Assembly: GCA_002269645.1 (NCBI GenBank)
Contig: NIVC01000888.1
Span: 92,495-156,494 of the forward strand
Length of the DNA: 64,000 nucleotides
Reading direction: 5' to 3'
From: Macrostomum lignano
Lineage: Eukaryota
Every line of letters begins with the position of its first letter. The first letter of the stretch is position 1. This document shows, in pieces, positions 1 to 25,011 of this stretch. The notes beneath the pieces were generated by a model. It was not told the origin of the DNA, did no database searches, and saw nothing but the letters and a program-made list of their open reading frames with translations. The translations under genes and the position numbers were made by a program.

Positions 1-38
1 AGACGTTGCTCATAACTAAATACTCCTTCAATTTTCAG

Positions 39-6911
<6,873 letters not shown>

Positions 6912-7529
6912 TACAACTCGTGACCTTGAAAGTTAGCTATTCAAATCGCGTGACTTTACTTTGAACTTTTGGTAAATTCGATAGAGTTAACATGAAGTTG
7001 ATATTGGAGTCGCGCTGGATTGACCTTGGCTAATCACGTGATTCGAGTTGGGGCATCACGTGACGCCAGTTTAAAGCGCTATCAGTGTACAATATACGAT
7101 TAATAATAGATTATATAATTAGTACGAACAATTACTTTATGTCGTTTATTTTTATAGACAATTTCAACGAAATCTGAGCTGCGTCTCCCGTACATGTGTC
7201 TCCTACTATTAGTAACATGTGCGCTTGTGCAGATTATCTGTTTATATTTGTTAAAAAACATAATTAGAAAGAGACAGACTTGTGGCCTTGTATAATTATT
7301 CAGGTTTCAAAAAAATCACGGAAGTTTGTTATCTGCTTTTACTGCTTTTACATACACTAATGCTGTATACATAGATACTTACCGCCCAGTGCTTACTTGA
7401 TAACTTTTCGTTGTCTACTTCTCAACCTGCTCTTCAACATGTTCTCATATCTGCTCTCACCCTAATCTCATACTTGGCATCACCTTGATATCCTTTGAAC
7501 TCATAGCGGATCTCACAATAATTTCACCC

Positions 7530-8045
7530 TGATCTCACCCTGGTCCCCACCGGCTCACCTTGATCTCACCCTGGTCCCCACCTGCTTACCTTGATCTCAC
7601 CCTGGTCCCCACCTGCTTACCTTGATCTCACCCTGGTCCCCACCTGCTTACCTTGATCTCACCCTGGTCCCCACCTGCTTACCTTGATCTCACCCTGGTC
7701 CCCACCTGCTTACCTTGATCTCACCCTGGTCCCCACCGGCTCACCCTGATCGCACCCTGGTCCCCACTTGCCTACCTTGATCTCACCCTGGTCCCCACCT
7801 GCTCACCCTGATCTCAATCTGATCTCATCCTTCTCTCGACCTGCTCTCAACCCGATTTCACCCTTCTCTCCTCCTGCTCTCAACCCGATTTTACCCTTCT
7901 CTCCTCCTGCTCTCAACCCGATCTCACCTTTCTCTCCTCCTGCTCTCAACCCGATCTCACCTTTCTCTCCTCCTGCTCTCAACCCGATCTCACCTTTCTC
8001 TCCTCCTGCTCTCAACCCGATCTCACCTTTCTCTCCTCCTGCTCT
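7530..8045. repeat. Adjacent 31-bp and 33-bp pyrimidine-rich minisatellites
   Basis: CCTTGATCTCACCCTGGTCCCCACCTGCTTA units (about 7530-7800), then CTCTCAACCCGATCTCACCTTTCTCTCCTCCTG units (about 7840-8045). Confidence 0.9.
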
Positions 8046-8859
8046 CATTCCTTTTTTCTCTTTCACTCCACTTAAACCTGGCTTTTTCTCTTACACAACC
8101 AGGCCATGCTCAGTTGAGTTAAAATTAAGAACAATGTTTTAGCGAGTAACCCCCGTTCATGCGTGTGGAACAGAGCTGCTGCTATGTGGAGCATTGCAAC
8201 TCTATTATTAGTTGAATAAAGTCAGCCAACCCAAGTTCTACAAGCTGCCAAGATCTGAAATCGAAATCTGGCAACAGCATGCATGGCCTTTTGCGCAGCT
8301 GCATATTATTCATGTATTCGTGTATGCATACATATCAATACTTACATAAGAAAAAAATAACAAAAACCACCTGTTCTTAGACACCCTTTAATTGCTGCCA
8401 CAGAGTGCGGGCCCACATGTACGCAAGCGTACAGTTTGCTTAGTACTCGTAGGAGGGTGGAGTGTTTTTGGTCAACTTTGACCAATGCGTACTGCCCCTA
8501 TACTGAGGGGTTTAGGGGAGTCGGAAGTGCCGCGAGCAAACACTTCTTTGGGGTGGTGGGTTGTACGGTAGAATGTAGAGTCAATCTTTGATATCAGCGC
8601 AACGGCTTTACTAGGCCTATATTCTGTACTGTGCAATGTACTTTCAAGATCTTTAGTACCAGCCCTCTCTCTCTCTTCTTTCCCCCCTCCTTCGCCTAGT
8701 GTACAGACCCTGTCTCTCTCCCTCTCCAATCTTTCACAGTCTTTTAGCCCATAAAAAGTGAATGCCCTGATTTTCTAAGACTTGCTTATTGTCCAAATCA
8801 TTTCAAATGTTTCAAATTTTATTAAAAGCTAGCAGATTCTAGTATTCTAGGGTTCTACG

Positions 8860-11800
8860 ATGGCATTGTTCAAGGCGCCGTTTCGTACTGCCGGCTTCTT
8901 TGATCCAACCAGAGATGAGCTGGACAACTGTGATTTGGATATTCAGGTGAGCTGCTGATGACATTGGTGAGTTTAGCGATGCTGTGTGTGCAGCAGTCAG
9001 TGTTGCTCAGTGAGGAGTTTAGCGATGTTGTGTGTGCAGCAGTCAGTGTTGCTCAGTGAGGAGTTTAGCGATGTTGTGTGTGCAGCAGTCAGTGTTGCTC
9101 AGTGAGGAGTTTAGCGATGCTGTGTGTGCAGCAGTCAGTGTTGCTCAGTGAGGAGTTTAGCGATGCTGTGTGTGCAGCAGTCAGTGTTGCTCAGTGAGGA
9201 GTTTAGCGATGCTGTGTGTGCAGCAGTCAGTGTTGCTCAGTGAGGAGTTTAGCGATGTTGTGTGTGCAGCAGGCAGTGTTGCTCAGTGAGGAGTTTAGCG
9301 ATGCTGTGTGTGCAGCAGTCAGTGTTGCTCAGTGAGGAGTTTAGCGATGCTGTGTGTGCAGCAGTCAGTGTTGCTCAGTGAGGAGTTTAGCGATGTTGTG
9401 TGTGCAGCAGGCAGTGTTGCTCAGTGAGGAGTTTAGCGATGCTGTGTGTGCAGCAGTCAGTGTTGCTCAGTGAGGAGTTTAGCGATGCTGTGTGTGCCGC
9501 AGTCAGTGTTGCTCAGTGAGGAGTTTAGCGATGTTGTGTGTGCAGCAGTCAGTGTTGCTCAGTGAGGAGTTTAGCGATGTTGTGTGTGCCGCAGTCAGTG
9601 TTGCTCAGTGAGGAGTTTAGCGATGCTGTGTGTGCAGCAGGCAGTGTTGCTCAGTGAGGAGTTTAGCGATGCTGTGTGTGCCGCAGTCAGTGTTGCTCAG
9701 TGAGGAGTTTAGCGATGCTGTGTGTGCAGCAGTCAGTGTTGCTCAGTGAGGAGTTTGTTGTTGTTAAACGGGGGTGGAAAGCCAGGGGCTTACCGCGGAT
9801 CAGCCCGAAAGGGGGCTCTACCGCAGGGATCTGACTGGGCCATACCGCCACGGGCATATAGCCCGAGAGGCCACGATTGGGACCAGAGCTCAGGACTCTG
9901 GTGAGAACAATGTGTATTGGTGCTACTAACCCAAACCTACGGTACAAGACACCGCCAACTCAAAAGTGGAATCAGGGACGGTGCTAGGACTGAGTCCACC
10001 CAGGCCACCACCCAGCAGACAAGTCCTCGGGATTGCGCAGAAAAAAATTGGAAATAGCGAAAAAAGCTTGGGTTACTACTAAAAGCGGTCCGAGAGCGGG
10101 GAAACCCCGAAGTCTACGGAAAAGGGCTTAATTATTGGAGCGAGTCTGGAAGGCTTGTTTCCGAGGGCGAGACTCCAGGCAGGAAGCACAACTACCGGCT
10201 ACAAACCCAAGGGTATCGCCTATCCAGCTCAAGATTGGAGGCCAGGCCAAGGGGTCGGGAAGGGGCACGAGGAGCAAGAGGACCCGGACTCAGCCGGTAT
10301 CCCCGATTCGGGACGAACTCATTCCCCAGGACACCGATCCACTGTAAGGATGAGAGCCAGACACACTTAGGCAGGGAGACAACCAGAGGAGCCAGCAGAT
10401 GGACCAAGGACAGAGCAGGATGGACCGGGCAGGGAGGGCAGAGCTCATAACTCCAGAAATTGGAACGGCATTCAAAGGCCTTACATTAAGATAAAACTGA
10501 TAAAACTGGGAATAAAAGCAATGGTAGGAGCACCTGAACCCTACTAGCAGGTGGGAGGCCCTGTTACCCGGGGATCAGCCTCAGGGCTGGCATCAACTGG
10601 GCTCTACCGTACACCTACCGTACACCTTCGTGAATGGTCATTCTTTCCTGCAGGGCGGGTACGACCGGGGGGCTCAAGTCCCGTTCTAGCCACACTGCAG
10701 TCCAGAGTACACACTCACTCCAGGTACACCCCCTAAACCAAGGCCAAGGGCCGAAATAATTGGAATGAAAAACCGGGTTATTTTTAGAATGGGCACAGCC
10801 CTTCCGGGGCGGACCCTTAGAAAATTTGGCTAGCCGAAGACAGGCCAATCGGATTGCGCACAACCCTAAGATAAGCTACCAGAGAGGCAGCCAGGGTAAA
10901 AACAGTCAGAGACCGTCTTAGCGATGTTGTGTGTGCAGCAGTCAGTGTTGCTCAGTGAGGAGTTTAGCGATGCTGTGTGTGCAGCAGTCAGTGTTGCTCA
11001 GTGAGGAGTTTAGCGATGTTGTGTGTGCAGCAGTCAGTGTTGCTCAGTGAGGAGTTTAGCGATGCTGTGTGTGCAGCAGTCAGTGTTGCTCAGTGAGGAG
11101 TTTAGCGATGTTGTGTGTGCAGCAGGCAGTGTTGCTCAGTGAGGAGTTTAGCGATGTTGTGTGTGCCGCAGTCAGTGTTGCTCAGTGAGGAGTTTAGCGA
11201 TGTTGTGTGTGCAGCAGTCAGTGTTGCTCAGTGAGGAGTTTAGCGATGTTGTGTGTGCAGCAGGCAGTGTTGCTCAGTGAGGAGTTTAGCGATGTTGTGT
11301 GTGCCGCAGTCAGTGTTGCTCAGTGAGGAGTTTAGCGATGCTGTGTGTGCAGCAGTCAGTGTTGCTCAGTGAGGAGTTTAGCGATGTTGTGTGTGCCGCA
11401 GTCAGTGTTGCTCAGTGAGGAGTTTAGCGATGTTGTGTGTGCCGCAGTCAGTGTTGCTCAGTGAGGAGTTTAGCGATGTTGTGTGTGCAGCAGTCAGTGT
11501 TGCTCAGTGAGGAGTTTAGCGATGCTGTGTGTGCCGCAGTCAGTGTTGCTCAGTGAGGAGTTTAGCGATGCTGTGTGTGCCGCAGTCAGTGTTGCTCAGT
11601 GAGGAGTTTAGCGATGCTGTGTGTGCAGCAGTCAGTGTTGCTCAGTGAGGAGTTTAGCGATGCTGTGTGTGCAGCAGGCAGTGCTTAGTAAGGAGTTTAG
11701 CGATGCTGTGTGTGCCGCAGTCAGTGTTGCTCAGTACGTATATTACTACTTATGTAACTGGGTAGGCAGTAGTAGCAGCGAACAGGACAAGCGAATTTGA

Positions 11801-14800
11801 ATGTTAAAATCGCAGACGCCGGAGTACACACGGGAGGGCATTCAACTGGCGCCAGGCTGCATGATCACTCTGGCCGCCTTTGTACTGCCGGAGACTGAGC
11901 ATTTCATCGTTGACTTCATGGCGCCGCAGAAGCAGATTGCGCTGCACCTGCGCGCTAAACTCAACGACCGCCTGCTGGCGATGAACTCGACGGTGGCCGG
12001 CAAGTGGCAATCCGAGATGAAGGTGCGCGAGTTGCCGCTTCGTAAGGGCCGCGCATTCAGCATGTCGGTGCTGGTCACGACTAAGGCGTTCTTGGTGAGG
12101 ATCGAATGACCCCAATGGGATGGGATGGCTTTGAAGCTTGGGAATATAGAAATTAAATCGAAATTGAAAGTCAGTGTTGAGTTCCATGTCAAATTATGTC
12201 GGTCAGAGTCAGAGTTCTAGAGGTCAAGTGAGTCTAGGCGAGGTCAGGTGAGGTCAGACGAGGGCAGACGTGATCGGATGAGTCTAGGTGAGTCTAGGTG
12301 AGTCTAGGTGAGTCTAGGCGAGTCTAGGTGAGTCTAGGTGAGTCCAGGGAGTCTAGGTGATTCTAGGTTATTCTAGGTGAGTCTAGGTGATTCTAGGTTA
12401 TTCTAGGTGAGTCTAGGTGATTCTAGGCGAGTCTAGGTGAGTCTAGGTGAGTTCAAGCGAGGTCATATGATTCTATTTAAGGTCAGGTGAGGTCAACTGA
12501 TTACAGGTGTTGATTAGATTAAATAGTTGTAGCAACCATTTACAGAACACGGTATTCACTTGTTAAAATTTCCAACTAGCGGTATCTTATGCCAGCAAAC
12601 AACTGTAAAGAGCCATTTTAACAGAGCCCATGAATTCCTCACTGTCAGATATCCTACAACGAAGAGCATTTCGCCGCGTTTCCCCACCGGATGCCCGCGG
12701 AGTCGGTGAACTCGATTGGCATTTATAGGGGCCTGAAACTGGCTGCCGTTTATTACGAAGTGGACTATAAGGTACATGTGCGCCTTTGTGATGCTTCATG
12801 ACAGTTAATTTAAGACTGCACCCCAGATCGCTCATGACCCTTCTTCCACATTGCTTATGACCCTCGCTCAACATCGCTCATGACCCTTCTTCCACATTGC
12901 TTATGACCCTCGCTCAACATCGCTCATGACCCTTCTTCCACATTGCTTATGACCCTCGCTCAAAATCGCTCATGACCCTTCTTCCACATTGCTTATGACC
13001 CTCGCTCAACATCGCTCATGACCCTTCTTCCACATTGCTTATGACCCTCGCTCAACATCGCTCATGACCCTTCTTCCACATTGCTTATGACCCTCGCTCA
13101 AAATCGCTCATGACCCTTCTTCCACATTGCTTATGACCCTCGCTCAACATCGCTCATGACCCTTCTTCCACATTGCTTATGACCCTCGCTCAAAATCGCT
13201 CATGACCCTTCTTCCACATTGCTTATGACCCTCGCTCAACATCGCTCATGACCCTTCTTCCACATTGCTCATGACCCTCGTTCAACATCGCTCATGACCC
13301 TCGCTCAGCATCGCTTAACACTTCCTCCACATCGCTCGTAACCCTTCCCAAATATTACTCATAACTCTTCGCAAAGATTGCTTATAAGCCTTCTTCCCGA
13401 CTGCTCATAACCCATCCTAAAGTTCGCTCATAACCCATCCCGAAAATCGGTCATAACCCATTCTAAAGGTCGCTTATAACCCATCCCGAACATCGGTCAT
13501 AACCCATTCTAAAGGTCGCTCATAACCCATCCCGAAAATCGGTCATAACCCTTCTCCCGGATCGGTGGCAGTCCTTTCTGAAGAACGATCACGGAATGCG
13601 GCCCGCACATTCGAGAATGCACACTCACCCACAATTGCAGTACAGCCCATTGCGCTTCACCATCAGCGAAGCAGATAGTGACAAAGCCGCAGCTTCATCA
13701 GCAGCCTCCATCTATTCGGCCGTTTATCCCCAGCTTCCCTACCGAATGTCGCTGGAGGGTGTCGATAAAACTGGTGGTGGGTTTTTCTCTGCAGGAGCCT
13801 GCCTGCTCATCACCATGAAACCTGACTTTCTGGCCAAGACGTGAGTGCTGTCCAGATAGTGAATCTCTGTCCAGATAGTGAATCTCTGTGTCCAGATAGT
13901 GAATCTGTGTATCCAGATAGTGAATCTGTGTGTCCAGATAATGAATCTCTGTGTCCAGATAGTGAATCTGTGTCCAGATAGTGAATCTGTGTCCAGATAA
14001 TGAATCTCTGTGTCCAGATAGTGAATCTGTGCCCAGATAGTGAATCTCTGTATCCAGATAGTAAATCTCTGTGTCCAGATAGTGAATCTCTGTCCAGATA
14101 GTGAATCTGTGTCCAGATAGTGAATCTTTGTGTCCAGATAGTGAATCTCTGTCCAGATAGTGAATCTGTGTCCAGATAATGAATCTCTGTATCCAGATAG
14201 TGAATCTGTGCCCAGATAGTGAATCTCTGTATCCAGATAGTGAATCTCTGTGTCCAGATAGTGAATCTCTGTCCAGATAGTGAATCTGTGTCCAGATAGT
14301 GAATCTCTGTCCAGATAGTGAATCTGTGCCCAGATAGTGAATCTCTGTCCAGATAGTGAATCTGTGTCCAGATAGTGAATCTCTGTCCAGATAGTGAATC
14401 TGTGTCCAGATAGTGAATCTCTGTCCAGATAGTGAATCTGTGTCCAGATAGTGAATCTCTGTCCAGATAGTGAATCTGTGTCCAGATAATGAATCTCTGT
14501 GTCCAGATAGTGAATCTGTGTCCAGATAATGAATCTCTGTCCAGATAGTGAATCTGTGTCCAGATAGTGAATCTGTGTCCAGATAGTGAATCTCTGTCCA
14601 GATAGTGAATCTGTGTCCAGATAGTGAATCTCTGTCCAGATAGTGAATCTGTGTCCAGATAATGAATCTCTCTGTCCAGATAGTGAATCTGTGTCCAGAT
14701 AATGAATCTCTGTCCAGATAGTGAATCTGTGTCCAGATAGTGAATCTCTGTATACAGATAGTAAATCTCTGTGTCCAGATAGTGAATCTCTGTCCAGATA

Positions 14801-17800
14801 GTGAATCTCATTATCCAGATAGTGAATCTCAGTATCCAGATAGCGAATCTCAGTATCCAGATAGTTATTCTCATTATCCAGATCCAGAGTGACACACGGA
14901 GACACACAACATCCGTTATCCTTCATCAGCCACACACCGTGTTGCGCTATTCCAGCCTGAACATCGCATTCACCCGGGCGGACGGGCAGCCAGCCGTGGA
15001 CCTGGAGCTCTACGTCAACCACTCCCAGGGCCGCGTCAGCCTGCACTTAGAATCTAAGGTGACCAAGGACTGCTCTCTCTGGAGCCTCATCGGACTCAAC
15101 CGGCGACGGCATGTCGACATTTGCGTCTGCTGTACCGACACAGCCATGCGGGTGAGGGCTGGCTGACTGTCGACACAACCTCACTCCTCACCTACCTCAC
15201 CCCGTCTACATTACTCCAGTCTACCTCACTCCAATCTACCTCACTCCAATCTACCTCACTTCAGTCTACATCACTCCAATCTACCTCACTTCAGTCTACC
15301 TCACTCCAGTCTACCTCATTCCAATCTACCTCACTCCAATCTACCTCACTCCAATCTACCTCACTTCAGTCTACATCACTCCAATCTACCTCACTTCAGT
15401 CTACCTCACTCCAGTCTAACTCACTCCAATCAACTCGACTACAATCTACCTCACTACAATCTACCTCACTTCAGTCTACATCACTCCAATCTACCTCACT
15501 TCAGTCTACCTCACTCCAGTCTAACTCACTCCAATCAACTCGACTACAATCTACCTCACTACAATCTCTCACTCAAGTCTACCTCACTCCAATCTACCTC
15601 ACTCCAGTCTACCTCACTTCAGTCTACCTCACTCCAGTCTACCTCACTCCAGTCTACCTCACTTCAGTCTACCTCACTCCAGTCTACCTCACTTCAGTCT
15701 ACCTCACTCCAGTCTACCTCACTCCAGTCTACCTCACTGCAATCTATCTCCCTCCAATCTACCTCACTCCAGTCTACCTCACTCCAATCTACCTCACTCT
15801 ACTCTATCTCCCTCCAATCTATCTCACTCCAGTCTACCTCACTCCATTCTACCCCACTCCAATCTACCTCACTGCAATCTATCTCCCTCCAATCTACCTC
15901 ACTCCACTCTATCTCCCTACAATCTACCTCACTCTACTCTACCTCACTCCAATCTACCTTACTCCAATCTACCCCACTCCAGTCTACCTCACTCCATTCT
16001 ACCCCACTCCAGTCTACCACACTGCAATCTATCTCACTCCAATCTACCTCACTCCACTCTATCTCACTCCAATCTACCTCACTCCACTCTATCTCACTCC
16101 AATCTACCTCACTCCAGTCTACCTCACTTCAAGCAGCGATCTCTATATCTTAAGATCATCTTACTCTGCTCAGGTCTTCCTGTAGTTTGCAGCGCACTCG
16201 TATCCGTAACTGCAACACATCCTTGACATTTCTGATGACATCAAGGCTATTTTCGGGTGCAAAATAAGTCAAATTAAAATCTCAGTTACAAATTGTTAAA
16301 TATGCAAACGCCAATAGTGCAATGCATGCCAGGCTCATAGCTAACGCATATTTGAGCAAACAATTGGAGTCTGCCGCGCCAGTTTTCAGAGGGAAATTAT
16401 CGAACAAAAAATACACAAAGCCAGCCAAGCCGGGGGAACCGGCTGCGGAGGCTGGTGGAGGGCTTCTTGCCCAGATAGAATTCAGCCTCTGCGTGCCACG
16501 GTCGCCTCTGAAGCCTGACGACGCGTCGTCGACTTCCCGAAAGACTGCCAAGTGGATAATGGGATCGGGGGCGAGAAAAAGTTGGCAAGCTTCCGGCCTC
16601 TCCGCCTTCTTCCGTTTTCCTAGAAATGCTACTTCCCCTTTAGAATGCGACACTTTCGTGGAGTCCTCTCGTGCAGAATCTTTCTCCTTTGGCTCGCTAC
16701 AGCGGGAGCGGAGATTGGGAGCTTCCTGTCAGGAGAGACCCCCCATTGAGACGGGTCTTCTGAAGTCGCTTGCTGACGCACTTGTGGACCCAGCCTGCAA
16801 CCCTGCGATGGAGTATCTTAGTTTTTGAGTTAAATGAATGAAACACTGATAAAGGGATTCCGTTTATGAGTATGAGTTCATAAGTGAGTTCATGAGTAAA
16901 TTCATGAGTCCATGAATGAGTTCTTGAGTTCATGAGTGAGTTCATGAGTGAGTTCATGAGTGAGTTCATGAGTGAATTCATGAGTGAGTTCATGAGTGAG
17001 TTCATGAGTGAGTTCATGAGTGAGTTCATGAGTGAATTCATGAGTGAGTTCATGAGTGAGTTCATGAGTGAGTTCATGAGTGAGTTCATGAGTGAGTTCA
17101 TGAGTTCTTGACTTCATGGGTGAGTTCATGAGTGAGTTCATGAGTTCGTGAGTTCATGAGTGAGTTCATGAGTGAATTCATGAGTGAGTTCATGAGTGAG
17201 TTCATGAGTGAGTTCATGAGTGAGTTCATGAGTGAGTTCATGAGTGAGTTCATGAGTTCTTGACTTCATGGGTGAGTTCATGAGTGAGTTCATGAGTTCG
17301 TGAGTTCATGATTGAGTTCATGAGTTCGTGAGTTCATGAGTGAGTTCATGAGTGAGTTCATGAGTGAGTTCATGAGTTCGTGAGTTCATGAGTGAGTTCA
17401 TGAATGAGTTCATGAGTGAGTTCATGAGTGAGTTCATGAGTGAGTTCATGAGTGAGTTCATGAGTGAGTTCATGAGTGAGTTCATGATTTCGTGAGTTCA
17501 TGAGTGAGTTCATGAGTGAGTTCATGATTTCGTGAGTTCATGAGTGAGTTCATGAGTGAGTTCATGAGTGAGTTCATGAGTGAGTTCATGAGTGAGTTCA
17601 TGAGTGAGTTCATGAGTGAGTTCATGATTTCGTGAGTTCATGAGTGAGTTCATGAGTGAGTTCATGAGTGAGTTCATGAGTGAGTTCATGAGTGAGTTCA
17701 CGAGTGAGTACAAAATTACCATCAATCAATAGGAGTTGTGCACTAGATTCACTGTATTTCGCCAAGCACCGCATCCAACTCCCCCCCGCCCCCAGATATT

Positions 17801-17927
17801 CATCTGCCACCGGCCGGTGTTTCAAGCGACTCGGGACCAGCTGCAGTCGCTGTGGGGCCGAGTCTCCGGGCTGAGCATAGCCGGCAATGCCGACCTGATC
17901 GTCGCCCACTTCAGTCGACGTGGCTGA
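8860..17927 (+). CDS. Tandem-repeat-type galectin-like protein (two CRD-like domains, about 338 aa)
   Basis: Exons 8860-8946, 11816-12094, 12649-12771, 13641-13840, 14956-15151 and 17796-17927 join in frame (1017 nt). Domain 1 follows the galectin pattern: IALHLRAKL...MNSTVAGKWQSE...LPLRKGRAFSMSVLV...FAAFPHRMP. Domain 2 is more degenerate and ends LSIAGNADLIVAHF. Confidence 0.8.
8970..11735. repeat. 46-bp satellite in galectin intron 1, interrupted at 9757-10917
   Basis: Unit GAGGAGTTTAGCGATGCTGTGTGTGCAGCAGTCAGTGTTGCTCAGT on both sides of a unique insertion. Confidence 0.95.
9757..10917 (-). mobile_element. About 1.16-kb non-coding insertion in the satellite, probably a non-autonomous retroelement with a (CAA)n tail
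   Basis: Splits one unit as GAGGAGTTT|...|TTAGCGATG (TT duplicated). The left end is GTTGTTGTT, read as a (AAC)n tail on the minus strand. No long ORF. Confidence 0.6.
12230..12500. repeat. 10-bp repeat (GTGAGTCTAG) in galectin intron 2
   Basis: Tandem GTGAGTCTAG / GTGATTCTAG / GTGAGGTCAG units. Confidence 0.9.
12828..13320. repeat. 46-bp minisatellite in galectin intron 3
   Basis: Unit CGCTCATGACCCTTCTTCCACATTGCTTATGACCCTCGCTCAACAT, about 10 copies, decaying to the right. Confidence 0.93.
13850..14870. repeat. 20/22-bp minisatellite in galectin intron 4
   Basis: GTGAATCTCT(GT)GTCCAGATA-type units starting immediately after donor 13841. Confidence 0.95.
15180..16130. repeat. 15-bp minisatellite (CTCACTCCARTCTAC) in galectin intron 5
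   Basis: Tandem units; source of the STSLQ / YLTP ORF. Confidence 0.95.
16880..17705. repeat. 12-bp minisatellite (GAGTGAGTTCAT) in galectin intron 5
   Basis: About 65 tandem units; source of the MNSL / THEL ORFs. Confidence 0.96.
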
Positions 17928-19966
17928 TTCTAATGGCTGTTTTTTGTGTGCGTCACGTGACTCCCGGTAACCCGGACAACCTCACATCGCCACAGACAAT
18001 TGAATTAGTTAGTCCGTGATTCCTCCCAGGAATATTCGCGTTTTATTGGTGCATGCTGGTATCATAAACTCGCTATCATTCACTGGTTAGTAACCACCAA
18101 AATTGGATAAAAGTATTGATTATAAAAATGTTACATTCAAGAATATTTCTGATCACATTTTTTGTTTAAATCGAATTCATTTCGCGCGCTTGCGCTCTCA
18201 AAATCAACTATTCATGGAAAATTCAACGAAATCAACTGACTGATGTTTTGAGCAACAGCAATGGCATGGGTGGGAACTGAGCAAGATTGCTCCTGAGATT
18301 AGCTGCATCTGGTGTCCAGCTTCCCACTTACAATCTTTTAGCCGTCTCGATCAATGCTTTTAATTACTCAGTTTGAGAAGGCCTGTCTCCAGCCACCAAG
18401 AGCCGGTTGAGAACACTTTTCTTTTTTCAATCCTTTTAATGATTATCCTCAGTTGGAGAGTCTCTCCCGCTCGGGACAGCTCGACCACTCCTTGCATGCA
18501 GCTCGTGGACCCTCCTTTATTGACCCTCGTTGGAAAACCCTTGATGCGCCAGTCAAGTGCATGCCAATGCGCCAACGTTTTTTTAAGAGCTTCGTCTTTA
18601 CGCAGCAATTCTGATCCTGGGAAAAAAAAGTAATTGACAAAAATTCATTCAGAAAACATAGATACCAAGGATTTCGACTGCTGCAGACACTTTTCCAGAC
18701 ATCTTGAGCACTCGTGTTATTCCCGGTAGCCTTCCTTGCTCAGCTATTTCTCTTTCGCGAGAATTTTTCCAGACATTTTTTGTCATTTCCATGACGTCTT
18801 TTTCGAGTTGCTAGGTAGGAAGAGAGCCCTAAAGACAAGCTGTATTTGCTCATTTGCAACAAAACAGCTTCCAGGACGTGAAACTGACACTTGAAAATGG
18901 CACACAGCTAAGAAAAGTCTTTTTTCCTCAGTTTTTGTCTGAAAATTTCTGGCCTAATTGGGTTAACGTTTCAGGAGGACGTCGCACTTCAGGGAAAAAA
19001 GTTCTTTTTTCCGAGTCATGGCTGGCTTCTCCTCCGATAAACACCAGCTGCGAATCCCGGCTGCTGCCAGATGACTAATGATGCCTGTTTTGCCAGTCCG
19101 CAGCTGTACATGTATACAGTGTCGTTGAAGTTGACGCGAGTCGAATGTGCTGCACTTTCCAGAATTTTTCTCAAGACACTCCAGACCCTTTGAGAATTGT
19201 GGGAACAGCAGAGAACTGACGGGGAACCTTTGTCTCGGGACCTTAGGTTTGTTACATTTATTTACTTCTCAGAGAGTCTTTGGGCTCGCCGCACATCACC
19301 CCGACAGCGAGCAAACTGAAGGCAACTCCATAGTGTTTTCAATGCACTGTGTTGATTTTTTAAATATTTTAATTTGCCGCGCGTTGTCCAGGATACAGAA
19401 GCAAAGCTGGTCAACAAAAATATTATATTTATTTGAATGGTTTAGATTTTCACTGCTCTGGGTTGTTTAAGAATTTGGTGGTAGATGTTTGCTAGATTGC
19501 TTGTACTGTATGTTACTTTTCTGTGGAGGGGGCAACACTAGACTGAATTTCTGTCTTTGGATGAATATTTGCGTTCTGTTCTCTGTGTATTTTATAGCCT
19601 ATTGGCTACGGTGCTCCTGCGTTTTAACATTCAGTTTAAAAACTTCTACCCCCTTTCCAATCACCCACCTCACTAGAGAATCCCTTCACCAGCTCGATTC
19701 TAATTGGCTGTGGCTCTTGCGTTTTGTAGCATTCAGTTAAACAACTTCTACCCCTCCGATCACCCACCTCACTCCAGAATCTCTCCTCCAGCTCGATTCC
19801 GATTGGCTATAAAATATTCGCACTAATTCATCCAAGACAGATTTAGAGGTGAAGCATAGTAGAGAAGGGTTTTATTGTCTACCAATTAGTTTCAATATCA
19901 GAGCAGCTTAATGTAGATATTGATGGAGGAGAGTGAGTCAACTGTTTTTCCATCAGGCCGGCGTCA

Positions 19967-25011
<5,045 letters not shown>

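Noticed and set aside
16322-16828. 168-aa ORF inside galectin intron 5
   Set aside because: No recognisable domain or compatible splice sites, and galectin exons 5 and 6 join in frame without it. It may be a TE remnant; a BLASTX search would settle it.
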